DNA of 64,000 nucleotides from Diplonema japonicum. Lineage: Eukaryota; Protista; Euglenozoa: Diplonemea. Shown piece by piece: positions 32,001 to 41,606 of the stretch; position 1 is the first letter of the stretch, and each line of letters starts with the position of its first letter. The position numbers and the translations under genes were made by a program. The notes under the pieces were generated by a model. The model was given only the letters and a program-made list of their open reading frames with translations. It was not told the DNA's origin and did no database searches. The DNA lies in the NCBI GenBank assembly GCA_964019335.1, contig OZ025728.1, positions 62,001 to 126,000 of the forward strand, given 5' to 3'.

Positions 32001-34531
32001 GTGGTGATGTGCTTGAAAACAAGCTTCTGAGACGGGCTCGGGCACGAGAACAGCCAGCAGTCCACCCCAGTGTCGCTGATGGCGAGAGACTCTCTGTCCT
32101 TGTAGTCAACCGAAGTGCATGTACCCCACTTTCCACATTTCCAGGTCACCGTCCCCGTACCATGCATCACGGCCTGCACTCTGTTCAAATAGCTCCTTGT
32201 AGATGGTGCTGTCTCGCGCGTCACCTTCCCTGTATCTTCGTCAACGACTGTCATACTCCCCACGAGAGAGTCAACAGAGAGCCGGTACTCCTCCCCAGCG
32301 GAGCACGAAGGACCGCCAACTGTGAAACATTCGGACACCTCGGAGGTCCCGGGAGGGAGTGCGGGGCACTGCCCCACGACTGGTAGACAGCTCAGCTCCA
32401 GCATGAATGTGCTGAGTGGCTGTGTCTCGTAGAAGAGCCTCAATGTCAAGCGGCCTGTTGTGCTGATGACGTCGGTGGTCGTGCTGTCCCCGAACCTCAC
32501 GGCTTGTACCTCGTGAGTCTCGTTGTAAATTCGGATGACCTCCTTGTGTGCCACACGCCACTCTGCGTACATTACAGACGGGCGCATCCCAGCCGCGCAT
32601 TCCAGCTCATACCTCGTTACCGCCGACGCCGTGTTCTGAACCACCACAGCAGTCTGCGAAACGACAACAGGCGGTGCTTCCACGAAGACGGGGGGTGTGA
32701 GTCGTGCAGGCGGAGCGGGCAGGGCTTGTGACGTGCACTTCCAAGTGAATCGGAAGCCGCTGCCTGTAGCAAGGAAGCGAGAGATAAACCGGACCTTCAC
32801 AGACTTGCCGTAAGAGCGCGTTGCGGGAGGGTGCCGCCACATCACGTTTGTGGTTTGAAAAGAGTCAGCCATGTCCTCCACTGTGAGCATGTCATGGGTG
32901 CCCCATGCGCGGCTATCACTTGTGATATCCACGTACTGCCACTCGATCTCCATGTGCGGAGTGTCGCAGCGGAGCTCCCAGCACTCCAAAGAGGACGCAG
33001 CGTAGGGTCCATTGTCGGCAGGGTAGTTCACAACCCCGCCTCCTGTTGCTGTGGTGCAGACAGGATCGCGCGTGCGGCACTCCCATTCGAACTCGAACTC
33101 CCCGCTACCCGGTGTGCGAAAGCTCCCCGCAATCAGCTTCGCGCTATTCATGGCAACCAAAGAGCGCTTCCCCCATATAATGAAAGGCATTTCCGTCTGT
33201 TCCAGGTTCTGCAGCATAATCGCATTCGACAAGTCGGTGGGGTGGATCTTGGTCACGTTCATGAAAAGGTCACCAGCAGCGCACTGTACTACCCAGCACG
33301 CGTGCTTGTTCCAGGAGACCTTGTGCGATATGGAGCCTTTGGGGGGGAGGGGCCACTCACATGGATCATTAGCATTGAAGTACAAGGAGCCCTTCCCAGG
33401 GGCCGTGGACTGACTCTCATCACACGGGATGAACAGTGCCCTGTTCGTTATGGCAGAAGGCAGAACCATCTTCAGTGAGGACTCAACAAGCCATTTTTTC
33501 ACGTCTACTGACGTCGCCCATGGCTGCTTGCTTAGAAACGAAGCTGCTGCCCCTGCAGCCAAGGCAGCAGCGGCAGATGACCCGGACTGCACCACACTGC
33601 CGCCAAGGACCGCAGATGCCCCGTGTATATCCTCCCCAGGTGCGTAGAGGTCTTGGTTCCACTTACAACTCATTATATTACCCTCTCGGTCGTGCGCGCC
33701 AATTGAAATCACCTCAGGCACCACGCTTCGACAATTACCGTTCCCGCTGGAGACGATGATGGGGATTCCTAGCTCGGTGATGGCGCGCATTGCCCCTTCG
33801 AGGGAGGACCCGCCGTGATCGAAGGCCATTACAAGGAGGGAGGGGCGTTTAGTCTGTTTCACGGAGGCAAGGATGTCGGTGAAGGCATCCAGCACATCGC
33901 TTTGCAACGCCACGCGGCCTCTTGCGTCGAGGATCTTAACAGATAGTACCCTGGCCATCCTCGCCACACCGTGTGTCTTGCCTGCAACGAGACTAGCCAC
34001 ATACGTTCCGTGACCGTTGTCATCACGGAACAGCTCCTTGCTGGTGGAAACGTAGTCCTTCATGTTGGTGCACCGCCCTTTTAATTCTTCATGCCCGCAT
34101 TCCACGCCGGTGTCTAGGATGTAAACGTCAACCCCGTCACCCCATTCGGGGTTGTGGTAGAAGGGCGCGGTTGCAATGTTTGAAGACCAGTCCTGTCTCT
34201 GTGTAAGTCGGCTGAGGCTCCATGGAGTGGTTGTGGGGGTTGTGTGGATGCAGCCCCCAGGCATGGCGTGGAGCGCGTTCTCGAGTTGCGCTTCCTTCTC
34301 CACCGCCACGGTGCCGTCCAGGATGTCAGACAGCGCATTCACCTCTGCCTCTTCCACCCCCTTGCAGTGGACTGCCTTGAAACCCCCGATCTTGAAAATG
34401 CGGCTTTCCGTTCCACATACACGATGTACCTCTTCCAATCCAGCGTCTGTACTATTCTCTCGCAAGGTTACGAGGAACCCTGGCTCGCTTGCAGCCCCTG
34501 CGAACAGCAGAGGTAGAAGCAAGGGTATCAT
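29018..34531 (-). CDS. Type I membrane subtilisin-like (S8) protease with CUB-like repeats and a Pro/Thr stalk
   Basis: Signal peptide and prodomain, then catalytic-region motifs YILDTG, NGHGT, SSGN and SGSSAA. CUB-like motifs (EYGYDFV, EAGYDVV..HFTSDFATEGKGF), PT repeats and a TM helix near the C-terminus. Confidence 0.92.
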   Translation of the reverse strand: MIPLLLPLLFAGAASEPGFLVTLRENSTDAGLEEVHRVCGTESRIFKIGGFKAVHCKGVEEAEVNALSDILDGTVAVEKEAQLENALHAMPGGCIHTTPTTTPWSLSRLTQRQDWSSNIATAPFYHNPEWGDGVDVYILDTGVECGHEELKGRCTNMKDYVSTSKELFRDDNGHGTYVASLVAGKTHGVARMARVLSVKILDARGRVALQSDVLDAFTDILASVKQTKRPSLLVMAFDHGGSSLEGAMRAITELGIPIIVSSGNGNCRSVVPEVISIGAHDREGNIMSCKWNQDLYAPGEDIHGASAVLGGSVVQSGSSAAAALAAGAAASFLSKQPWATSVDVKKWLVESSLKMVLPSAITNRALFIPCDESQSTAPGKGSLYFNANDPCEWPLPPKGSISHKVSWNKHACWVVQCAAGDLFMNVTKIHPTDLSNAIMLQNLEQTEMPFIIWGKRSLVAMNSAKLIAGSFRTPGSGEFEFEWECRTRDPVCTTATGGGVVNYPADNGPYAASSLECWELRCDTPHMEIEWQYVDITSDSRAWGTHDMLTVEDMADSFQTTNVMWRHPPATRSYGKSVKVRFISRFLATGSGFRFTWKCTSQALPAPPARLTPPVFVEAPPVVVSQTAVVVQNTASAVTRYELECAAGMRPSVMYAEWRVAHKEVIRIYNETHEVQAVRFGDSTTTDVISTTGRLTLRLFYETQPLSTFMLELSCLPVVGQCPALPPGTSEVSECFTVGGPSCSAGEEYRLSVDSLVGSMTVVDEDTGKVTRETAPSTRSYLNRVQAVMHGTGTVTWKCGKWGTCTSVDYKDRESLAISDTGVDCWLFSCPSPSQKLVFKHITTRCTNPITLLDGEDKTLASIKCSRGSLSTDSNIAVLTRTHERVTVAWSCECEELQKGAGTLSYPRNGDTGKECWTLSCDTSTVELKFLTPGMSPGDEVQVWDSSRYKVTLTKNRWIPSKEGQLAFFSSVADPSQYGAGKAFSLDYTCGPENPTIAPPPPVGCKYLAEATGTFRTNSSAHTCWYLLTAPSKTIYFNATYDLSGGGDVMLDVGAQKYHINGKGYEYVFLKAAERVVRISISGPGWANIGYVKNCNSNAVGPGLIVHPKDDGVSCWRLSCEDTVPLILTHISGASLSIEGGGELSSQQPTHTATSRATLYLEPELPGGTEVSFSWTCNAPKELMIKEHCMGRVTKLNSGRGSVSWSDDTNSCWKLECPQAVKILTLTMDYEYGYDFVEVYPADSGTPLDRFTGKGTVRIGYRGDIVVKASLDANIKSTLRVDWECGTTDPLKKVELSGPASPIEWGKSSRNCHHQFEHFQQGKIHQNTYSSMASKCWRMECVEEGYSRVTLDTKLEAGYDVVVAYDKNGRWLGQATGTGITEIQSMGNIYLHFTSDFATEGKGFTANSFCKILPATDTPETLAPASTPTPTVATPVPTLAPVPATPTPTAMTTPVPTLATPTPTSAPTPTPTAIPTSTATPTPTTSPAPTPAPTVATPTPTAMATPVPTLATPTPTAMATLAPTATTPTPTTVATPMPTAATPTPSAMTTVAPGTPVPAVTPTPTPVPTALPTPVPTAATPVPPGPIRETPEPNAPATSEPMPVTHIPVSHPPATSAPSTPEPAKPTTPSPTIIATLVPARPVRDERKVRVTVRVLSDDLWKAVNGSFDLMPALELATGGVASCVKVCYEADGGVECVECSAVPSSRPGHVARQGGRVSVEVELVVAASMSNSEVSSRFTTMQDVIESRLGGALEEIVVNSTTESKESSSGSDLSTAAIIGIVLGTLAFITGVAIILIFYFCCFNGKRVLSFGDTELSPRPGVPTSSDPISTTVVTL
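29640..30290 (-). repeat. Coding Pro/Thr-rich (TPTPT/TPVPT) repeat stalk
   Basis: Degenerate tandem repeats inside the protease. Similar linkers occur at ~40210-40465 and ~42795-42990. Confidence 0.85.
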
Positions 34532-35009
34532 TGGAGGGAGGGTAAAAAAAACCTTTTTTTTTTTTTTTTTTTTTTTTTTTGCGTGGTGTTATGAGTTTCG
34601 AAAATTCTGATTAAAAAAAAAGAAAAAGATCAGACACGTAAAGGAAAAAAAAAAAAAAAGATTCTCAAGGGGAGGGAGGGGGGGGGTCCTTCCACTGCAC
34701 CAGGCACGGCTCCCAACGATGGCTGGTCTTAAGTATTTAACATTTCGTTGGGGGAGAGGGGCATTTAGCAAAAACAACACGGGAAAAAAAAGAAAAGAAT
34801 TCCTTCCTCTCTTCTTGCGCTTGTTGTTATCACATAATTATATTATCCCCTATAGGACCTTTGTGTCTTCGTACCTTCTTCTTCTCTCACTGCTGCTGCC
34901 TCTGCAGAGCACCTGGGGGAAAAGGATAGGGAGGAGCGATATCACGGCGCGAAGAAGTGGTAGGAAGGCTTCACAACACCGTAAGCACGTTGCCAGACGT
35001 TTCCCTTCT

Positions 35010-35046
<37 letters not shown>

Positions 35047-35322
35047 AAACAAGTCGAAGACTCGTTCTTGCAAGAGAAAAAAGAAGAGAATAAAAAAAAA
35101 CTCGATAAGATTTCAGTGTGCATGGGTGCTCACTTGAAAAAAAGAGAAAAACCCTGAGATCTTTTCAGTGGGAAGGGGTGTTGAAGAAAGAAAAAAAAAA
35201 AAGATTGAACTAATTAAAGGTAAGGTTTGCTGTGTTTAACCCCCCCTCCCCCACAATAGTGCGCATATTCCGAAACATTTTTTAAACTTTCATGATTCGA
35301 AGGGGAGAAGAACCCCACTGGG

Positions 35323-35364
<42 letters not shown>

Positions 35365-35464
35365 TCGGTTATAGTTGTGTTTGTGCACAGCCGGGGGTTA
35401 ACCTAGTACTCTTTTTTAGCACTAACAATTCATTATCGTTTCATTATCTTGTTTTTCTTGTTCG

Positions 35465-35501
<37 letters not shown>

Positions 35502-36686
35502 ACTGGCCGTTGGCGTGCCGGATGTTGAAAATCTGGAAATCTGGAGAAAATCTAACGCAACGACATTGTTTTGTTTAGACAAGTCAAAGGCTTTTTCTTT
35601 TTGAAAAACGTGTCTTAGAAAAGAGAACCTGCAGAACTGTGACAGGATCACCTAAGAAAATCTGAGAGAAAAGAAAAGAAAAGGAAAGAAAAAAAAAGGG
35701 GGGAAGAAACAAAAAGATTGAACTAAATTAATTAAGGAGAGGTGTCTAGCCTACCCCTTCCTCGCTCTCGACCTTTTGGAAAAAAAAAAAGAAGAACTGG
35801 CTGTCGTACGCGCCGGTTAGAGAAAACCTGAATTTTAAAGAATATTTGTCCTTTTTTTTTTTCTTTTTTTTCATCGAGGGGCAAAAAAAAAAAAAATAAA
35901 AAAAATATAATCCACTTTTTTCTTTTTTTTTTTTTTTTTTGCCATTTTCTTTTTTTTTTTCTAAAAAGAAGGGGGAGGGGAGAAGAAGAAGAAAAAAAAA
36001 AAAGAAAAAAAAAAGAGAGAGAAAAACAGTTATAGACGAGTCAGATGGATGCAGTGCCTTCCAATTCACCTATGCTTTCTCCTCTTTTCTTTTCTTTTCT
36101 TCTTGTATGTATGTAACGGTAAGGGGGGATTTTATTTGTTACTTTTTCCTTTTCCACACACAGTCCACAAAAAGATCGCATTTACAGACTCAAGGTTTAT
36201 ATCCGGGAACACTGCCATAAAAAACCGCAAGAGCGAAACAAAGCAGGTCCGCTTCTGGAGCATTGCTTTCATCCCGATCGAAGCCGTGAGCGTCTTGGTT
36301 TTCAATCCCATCAGCTTGTCGTGCGTGGGGTGGGTGGCGAAACTGCGCCTCCTGGAGAAGCCAATAGCCGCCTTTCCGTGCCCTGCATGCTTTATTTTTA
36401 AGATGAGGGCCTTGATTTTGCGAGAAAAAAAAAAAAAAAAAAAAAAAAAAAAGCACGCAGAGTTCGCCTTGGGTTTTCGCCGCTTTTTCTTTTTTTTTTT
36501 TTTTTTTAAATTCTTCACCCCACCCCCACACCACTGCAACCATCAGGTGATTCAATACAAAATTTCAACAGAAAAAAAAAAAAAGAAAGAAAAAATATTT
36601 AAGACACGCGTAGTGTGGCAACGGGGCGGGGGGAGGGAGGGGGGGGACAACACATTACTCATCCCCTTCATTTTTTCCCCCCCCTT

Positions 36687-38108
36687 CTAATTTCCATGCG
36701 GCGAAAACACACCAGGACTCACATGCTCCAAAGGAGTTGTGTCACATATCGTGAAGGAATCGCTCGACCCGTCTATCCATTCATAAACCGTCATCCCGGT
36801 CGTCAACAAAATAAACAGAATACCGCAAACCCCGATCGAAAGATCAATGTACTCCTGCGTCCGTGTTTCGGCCACCGCTTTATAATGAAAAAGAGCCGGG
36901 AAGACGAACGCAAGCGGGCACATTGTCACACCACCCAGAAGCGAGACAAAATTGCCCAAATTCGAAGACCCCGCGAGAGCAACCAACCCCAAGAATATGA
37001 CTGTCAACGACCTTGCGGCATTGATGGTCCATGTTTGTGCTTTATCGATCCGCAACGAGGACTCTATAATCTGGTAAGCAGGGAAGGCCTGCAACGGGAA
37101 GGTTAGTGTGACGGCCGCACTATAGAAAATCTTTGCAACCTGCGACAGATTCTCGTCCTCGGGCATCGCAAGAAGAAGATTTGTGTTCACCGAATCACCC
37201 CCTCGGGAAATGTACCCTGTCAAGGCGAACACAGCAAACAGCGTACAGCACATCATGATCGCAGCCCATAACAAAGGTATAAACTTCTCAGGGTTCTTCA
37301 TCTCACCATGGATCGGCATCATAAGCCCGATGCCTTCAAAGGTTAACACAGCGGTCCCGAAGAACATGGGAAACTTGCTTTCCAACACAGACGGTGTTGC
37401 ATTATTTGACGAGGTCGCCACGGTGTAGCTGTTCTTAACTACAACATACATCATGGCCGAAAGGATGAACACGTCTGCGATAATCGCGAAAAAGGAAATA
37501 TTTCTGATGTTTCTAAGCCACGACAAGGGGAGCTGAAGCACTACCTGTATTGCTATCATGATGCCAAGGGGTATCTCGGTAGCCCAATGTTCGCACCCCG
37601 CTAGTTGTGCAATGGCGTCCTTCATTGATGAAGCAACAAAGATGAAATACATTGTTACCAGACCAAGCTGCGAGCCTACCAAAGAAATGTCAACGAGAAT
37701 CTTCGCGGGCCGGCCGTAGATTGCCTCTCCAAGCTCGGAGAAATTCGCGATTTTAAGTTTCAGTTTTGTTTCGATTAAAAGGCTCACACAGTAAGCATTT
37801 CCCATTGCGCACAGAAACAGTGCCACCACAGACACTATAACCCCACCGTCAGCAAAACCCTTTGCCAGGTATATGTGCGCTGGGCCAACGAAAGCTTTGA
37901 CAAGGGTCATGAATGTTGCCCTGTCGCCGGTCTTTTTGCGTTTTCCTGTTGATATTAACGAGGCTGCTTCTTCGTCTGCAGCATCTTCAAAGGTGGAGCG
38001 GCGTCCACCGAAGTTTAGAATTGAATTGGCCAGGCTTGACACCTCCGTGTCGCCTCCTTTGCTGTTCTTCTCGTCTTCCCATACATTTTGCACTTGTGAA
38101 GACATCAT
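36687..38108 (-). CDS. Amino acid/auxin permease (AAAP; SLC36/Avt3-like) transporter
   Basis: Motifs TLVKAFVG, GFADGG, SQLG..MYFIFVA, FFGTAVLTFEGIG and TFPLQAFP, with about 11 hydrophobic segments. ATG at 38108. Confidence 0.93.
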   Translation of the reverse strand: MMSSQVQNVWEDEKNSKGGDTEVSSLANSILNFGGRRSTFEDAADEEAASLISTGKRKKTGDRATFMTLVKAFVGPAHIYLAKGFADGGVIVSVVALFLCAMGNAYCVSLLIETKLKLKIANFSELGEAIYGRPAKILVDISLVGSQLGLVTMYFIFVASSMKDAIAQLAGCEHWATEIPLGIMIAIQVVLQLPLSWLRNIRNISFFAIIADVFILSAMMYVVVKNSYTVATSSNNATPSVLESKFPMFFGTAVLTFEGIGLMMPIHGEMKNPEKFIPLLWAAIMMCCTLFAVFALTGYISRGGDSVNTNLLLAMPEDENLSQVAKIFYSAAVTLTFPLQAFPAYQIIESSLRIDKAQTWTINAARSLTVIFLGLVALAGSSNLGNFVSLLGGVTMCPLAFVFPALFHYKAVAETRTQEYIDLSIGVCGILFILLTTGMTVYEWIDGSSDSFTICDTTPLEHVSPGVFSPHGN

Positions 38109-38867
38109 TTTATTTTTTTTTCCCCCCCTCCCTTCCTCCTTCCCTCCTAAAAGCGGGGAAACAAATTGCAACAAAACAATTTTAAAAAAATAAGAAAAAT
38201 AAAAATAGAAGTTATGCTTACACCCCCCCTTTTAAATTTCTTTTTTCGCCGGCAGAAAGAAAAAAAAAAGAGAGAGAAGAAAAAAAAAAAAGGAGGATTA
38301 GAAAAATGGAGCTGAACCCCTTTTTTGCCAGTGTTCTGGAGAATTTTGTAATGATTAAAAGACTTCTCTAGATGCGGCGAAGGCGGCTCAAGTCCTCTCC
38401 CTCCTTCTTTTTTTCTCTTTTTTTTCTCTCTCTCAATACATCTGTTCCTCCGGTCTCAAGAACTCAGCGAACAGAAGTAATACAAAAAATTGCGGCGAAG
38501 AAAGAGAAAAGGCGTTTCTGGGGTCTAAGCTAGTTAGTAAAGTGAGAGGGAGGTGAGAGAGAGGAACAAACAAAAACAAAACCAAGAAGAAAAAAGGGGG
38601 GGAGGGGGAAGAATGAAGGAAATCTCAGCTTCTTTTTCTTCTCCCTCCCTTTTTTTTCTCCCTCTTTTCTTTTCTTTTTTGTTTCGTTTTTTTCTGTTCT
38701 CCTTCGCGTGGACCTTGCTGGTTTTGATTTTTCTTTTTTGAACTTCCAGTAAAAAAAAAAAAAAAAAGAAAAAACCAGCGTCCTTATCGAATAAAAAAAA
38801 AAAGGAAAATAAAATGAAACAAAAAAAATCTTTCCCCGTCTCTTTCTTCTTTTCTTGCACTCCCGAT

Positions 38868-40719
38868 CTATTCAAGGGAGCCACACGGCCTGTACAGCCT
38901 ACGGGAGGAGGGCAGAGCGTACATCATGGCAATGAAGGAGTCAGGGATCTGGTCCTTGCTGGTGGAGTGCCGGCTGCATTCTTCCTTCGCAAGACTTCTG
39001 AACATTGCTGCCTTGTCCCCGCCATGCTTCTCCCTCTCGGCGTCTGCAGTATTGAAGAGTGTCTCCAGCTTCCAATCGGAGAGGTAGTGGCGGTGGTTCT
39101 TGCGGTGTCCCTTCTTCGCACCCAGCACGGTCCCTTCCCTTGCTGTTGCTGTGCTCGTTCCCTCGTTGAGGCACGTGGAGGAGCACCCATCACCGTCAAC
39201 AGTGTTCCCGTCATCGCATTCTTCAGAACCGCTTGTCCCTTCACCGTCCACTGTCCCGTCCCCACAGCATGTCAGCTTCGGTGCAGACCCAGGCACCACC
39301 AGGTCCCACCTCCCGCTTGCTGGGCTCCCGATAAGGTCAGCAAGGTTGTCCGTGTCATAGCTGTAGCTGTTCCCTTCAGGCAGATCGGTGATGAGGTGCA
39401 TGTCACGGATAGTGACGGGGCTGCCGAAGTACACAGGGGTCCTATCCCCATCCACGTCAAAGGGCAGTGTGGCGTCGAGTTCCACTTCGGCAATAGGCGG
39501 CAGGTTGTTCGTGTGGGTGCTGGGCGTGTACATGGCAGGGGTGATCGAGGCCTTCGGTGTCTCATCGTAGCCGTGGTAGTCCTGCCACAAGGCCCACATT
39601 CTGTCAACGTTCGCGTGGTGCACGAAGAATAGTGGGTCGTCTGGGCTCAGGCCGGACCCCATGTGGCCGCTGACGAAGCGGTGCGGGGAGGCATGTCCCC
39701 TCGAGGGTGGGGTGGAAGACAGCGAAGTCTGTGTTTGAAGTGATGATCGCCGACATGTCCATCGACCCTGTGAAGCCCGCCCCGCCCCACTGCCTCCATA
39801 GGCACTTATCGTTCGACGCGGTCCAGCCTGCTGCCAGGCCGTCGGTCACGCAGTAGTCAGGCCACCCTGTCGTCCCCTGCATGGTCCCGAAGGTCTTTGC
39901 ACGGAAGGGAGTGCTGAACTGCTCCTCCGCGTCGTCCCTCTCCCAGTCCCAGTAGGGCACCGTTACGCACTCGAACCCAGCGATGGAGCGCAGGGCGTTC
40001 TCGTACCCGATCACGAACCAACGGTGCCAAGGGAGGAAGGCGGAGGTCGAGTGGGCGTAATTCCCGAGGTGCACGTGCATCAGTGAGAAGTCATGGTAGT
40101 CAGAGGTCTTCTGCGTCTTGAACGCCTGCACCGCTGCGATGTAGTGGTCCCTCTCAGCGCATGACAGCATCGACCACCCCTTCCTTACACGAGATCCGCA
40201 AACTGGACCTGGCTCGGGGGTAGGCTCGGGAGTGGGTTCGGGTGTCGGTGAAGGGGTGGGCTCAGGAGTCGGTGCAGGAGTGGGTTCAGGGGTGGGTGAA
40301 GGCGTGGGCTCAGGTGTAGGGGTCGGTGCAGGAGTCGGTTCAGGAGTGGGGGCAGGGGTAGGTTCAGGAGTCGGTCCCGGAGTGGGTGCGGGGGTCGGTT
40401 CGGGCGTCGGCTCAGGCGTTGGTTCGGGAGTAGGTACAGTGGGTGGTTCGGGGGTGGGAACAGGAGTGAGCGCAGAAGGGACATCGGTCTCGTCATACCC
40501 GCCACCGCACGTGCAGCACGCCTCGTCTGCAACCCACTCGTTTCTGTACGAGTTCCCCAACCACCAACACCTCCAAGACTTCGCCCCGTACCAATCACAG
40601 GTACGCGACGACCCCCTGTTGTCATGCCACACCGCCTCGTCAGAGAGCGTCTTGTCGACACAGGCACCATCTGCAGCTAGCAGGGAGCCCAGCAAAAGCC
40701 CGGTAAGCAAGATCTTCAT
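38868..40719 (-). pseudogene. Secreted tyrosinase-like (type-3 copper) protein broken by one frameshift near 39695; pseudogene or assembly error
   Basis: Frame 1 has a signal peptide, a Cys module, a PT linker, RVRKGW, CuA H..AH..FLPWHR and VPYWDW. Frame 2 continues with Cu[27 protein letters not shown] and a Myxococcus-type Cys repeat (CGDG..EECDDGN..GDGCSSTC). Confidence 0.8.
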
Positions 40720-41444
40720 TTCTTTTCTTTCTTTTTCTTTTTTGCAACCTGTGATATATGAGATCGTGAAGAATTTTAACTACAGCCAGAAATACCAAAA
40801 GATAATCGGGTAGGCGGAGAGGGGGGAAAATAAAAAGGAAAAAAAAAGATGTCTTTGAGGGACCTGCAGTATGTGGCAGGATCGCCTAAAAGAAAAAAAA
40901 AAAAAAAAAAGAGGGAGGAAAAGAAGAAAATCTTTTGTTTGGGTCAACAAAAGTAGAGAAGGAAAAAAAAAAAAAAGAATATTAAGGGTTCCTTTCGGCC
41001 TTCTTATGAAGAAAATGAAGGGGTGACAAAAAAAAAAAAAAAAAAAAAAAAGGAAAGTAAGGCGGGAAATAAATGAAAGCTCTTTCACCTGGCATCACAC
41101 CATGCCATCACTTGCCTTGTCCCCCCCTACCTGAGAATCATGAGGTTTTACTGTGAGCTGTGATGCAGCCCACGACCTACTCTCAGGGAGGCCCCCAGAG
41201 AAAGGGGCAAAGGGGGAAAGGCAGTGTTCATGGTATGATAGGCTATGAGCGGTAACGAACAAAGGGAAAAATGTTTGTTTTTTTTTTCATTTTTTTTTTT
41301 TTTTTTTTTTTTACCTGCGCCTAAAGGGAGGTGCCGTCATGCATCTACCCAAGGCCCGAAGGAAAACAGAAAGAAGGGATGTTACAAAATAAGAAACTAC
41401 GCATGAAAGAATGTTCACCAGGAGGTATTCGAAATATATTTATG

Positions 41445-41483
<39 letters not shown>

Positions 41484-41606
41484 AAATGTCAAAATACTCT
41501 CCCTTTTCTTTTCTCTCCGTTCCTTATCTGTGGCGGTCCACCATCTTTCTTTCTTCCTTTTTTTTTTTTCTCTAAAAATTATATATTTTCATCTTTTCTG
41601 CATTTC

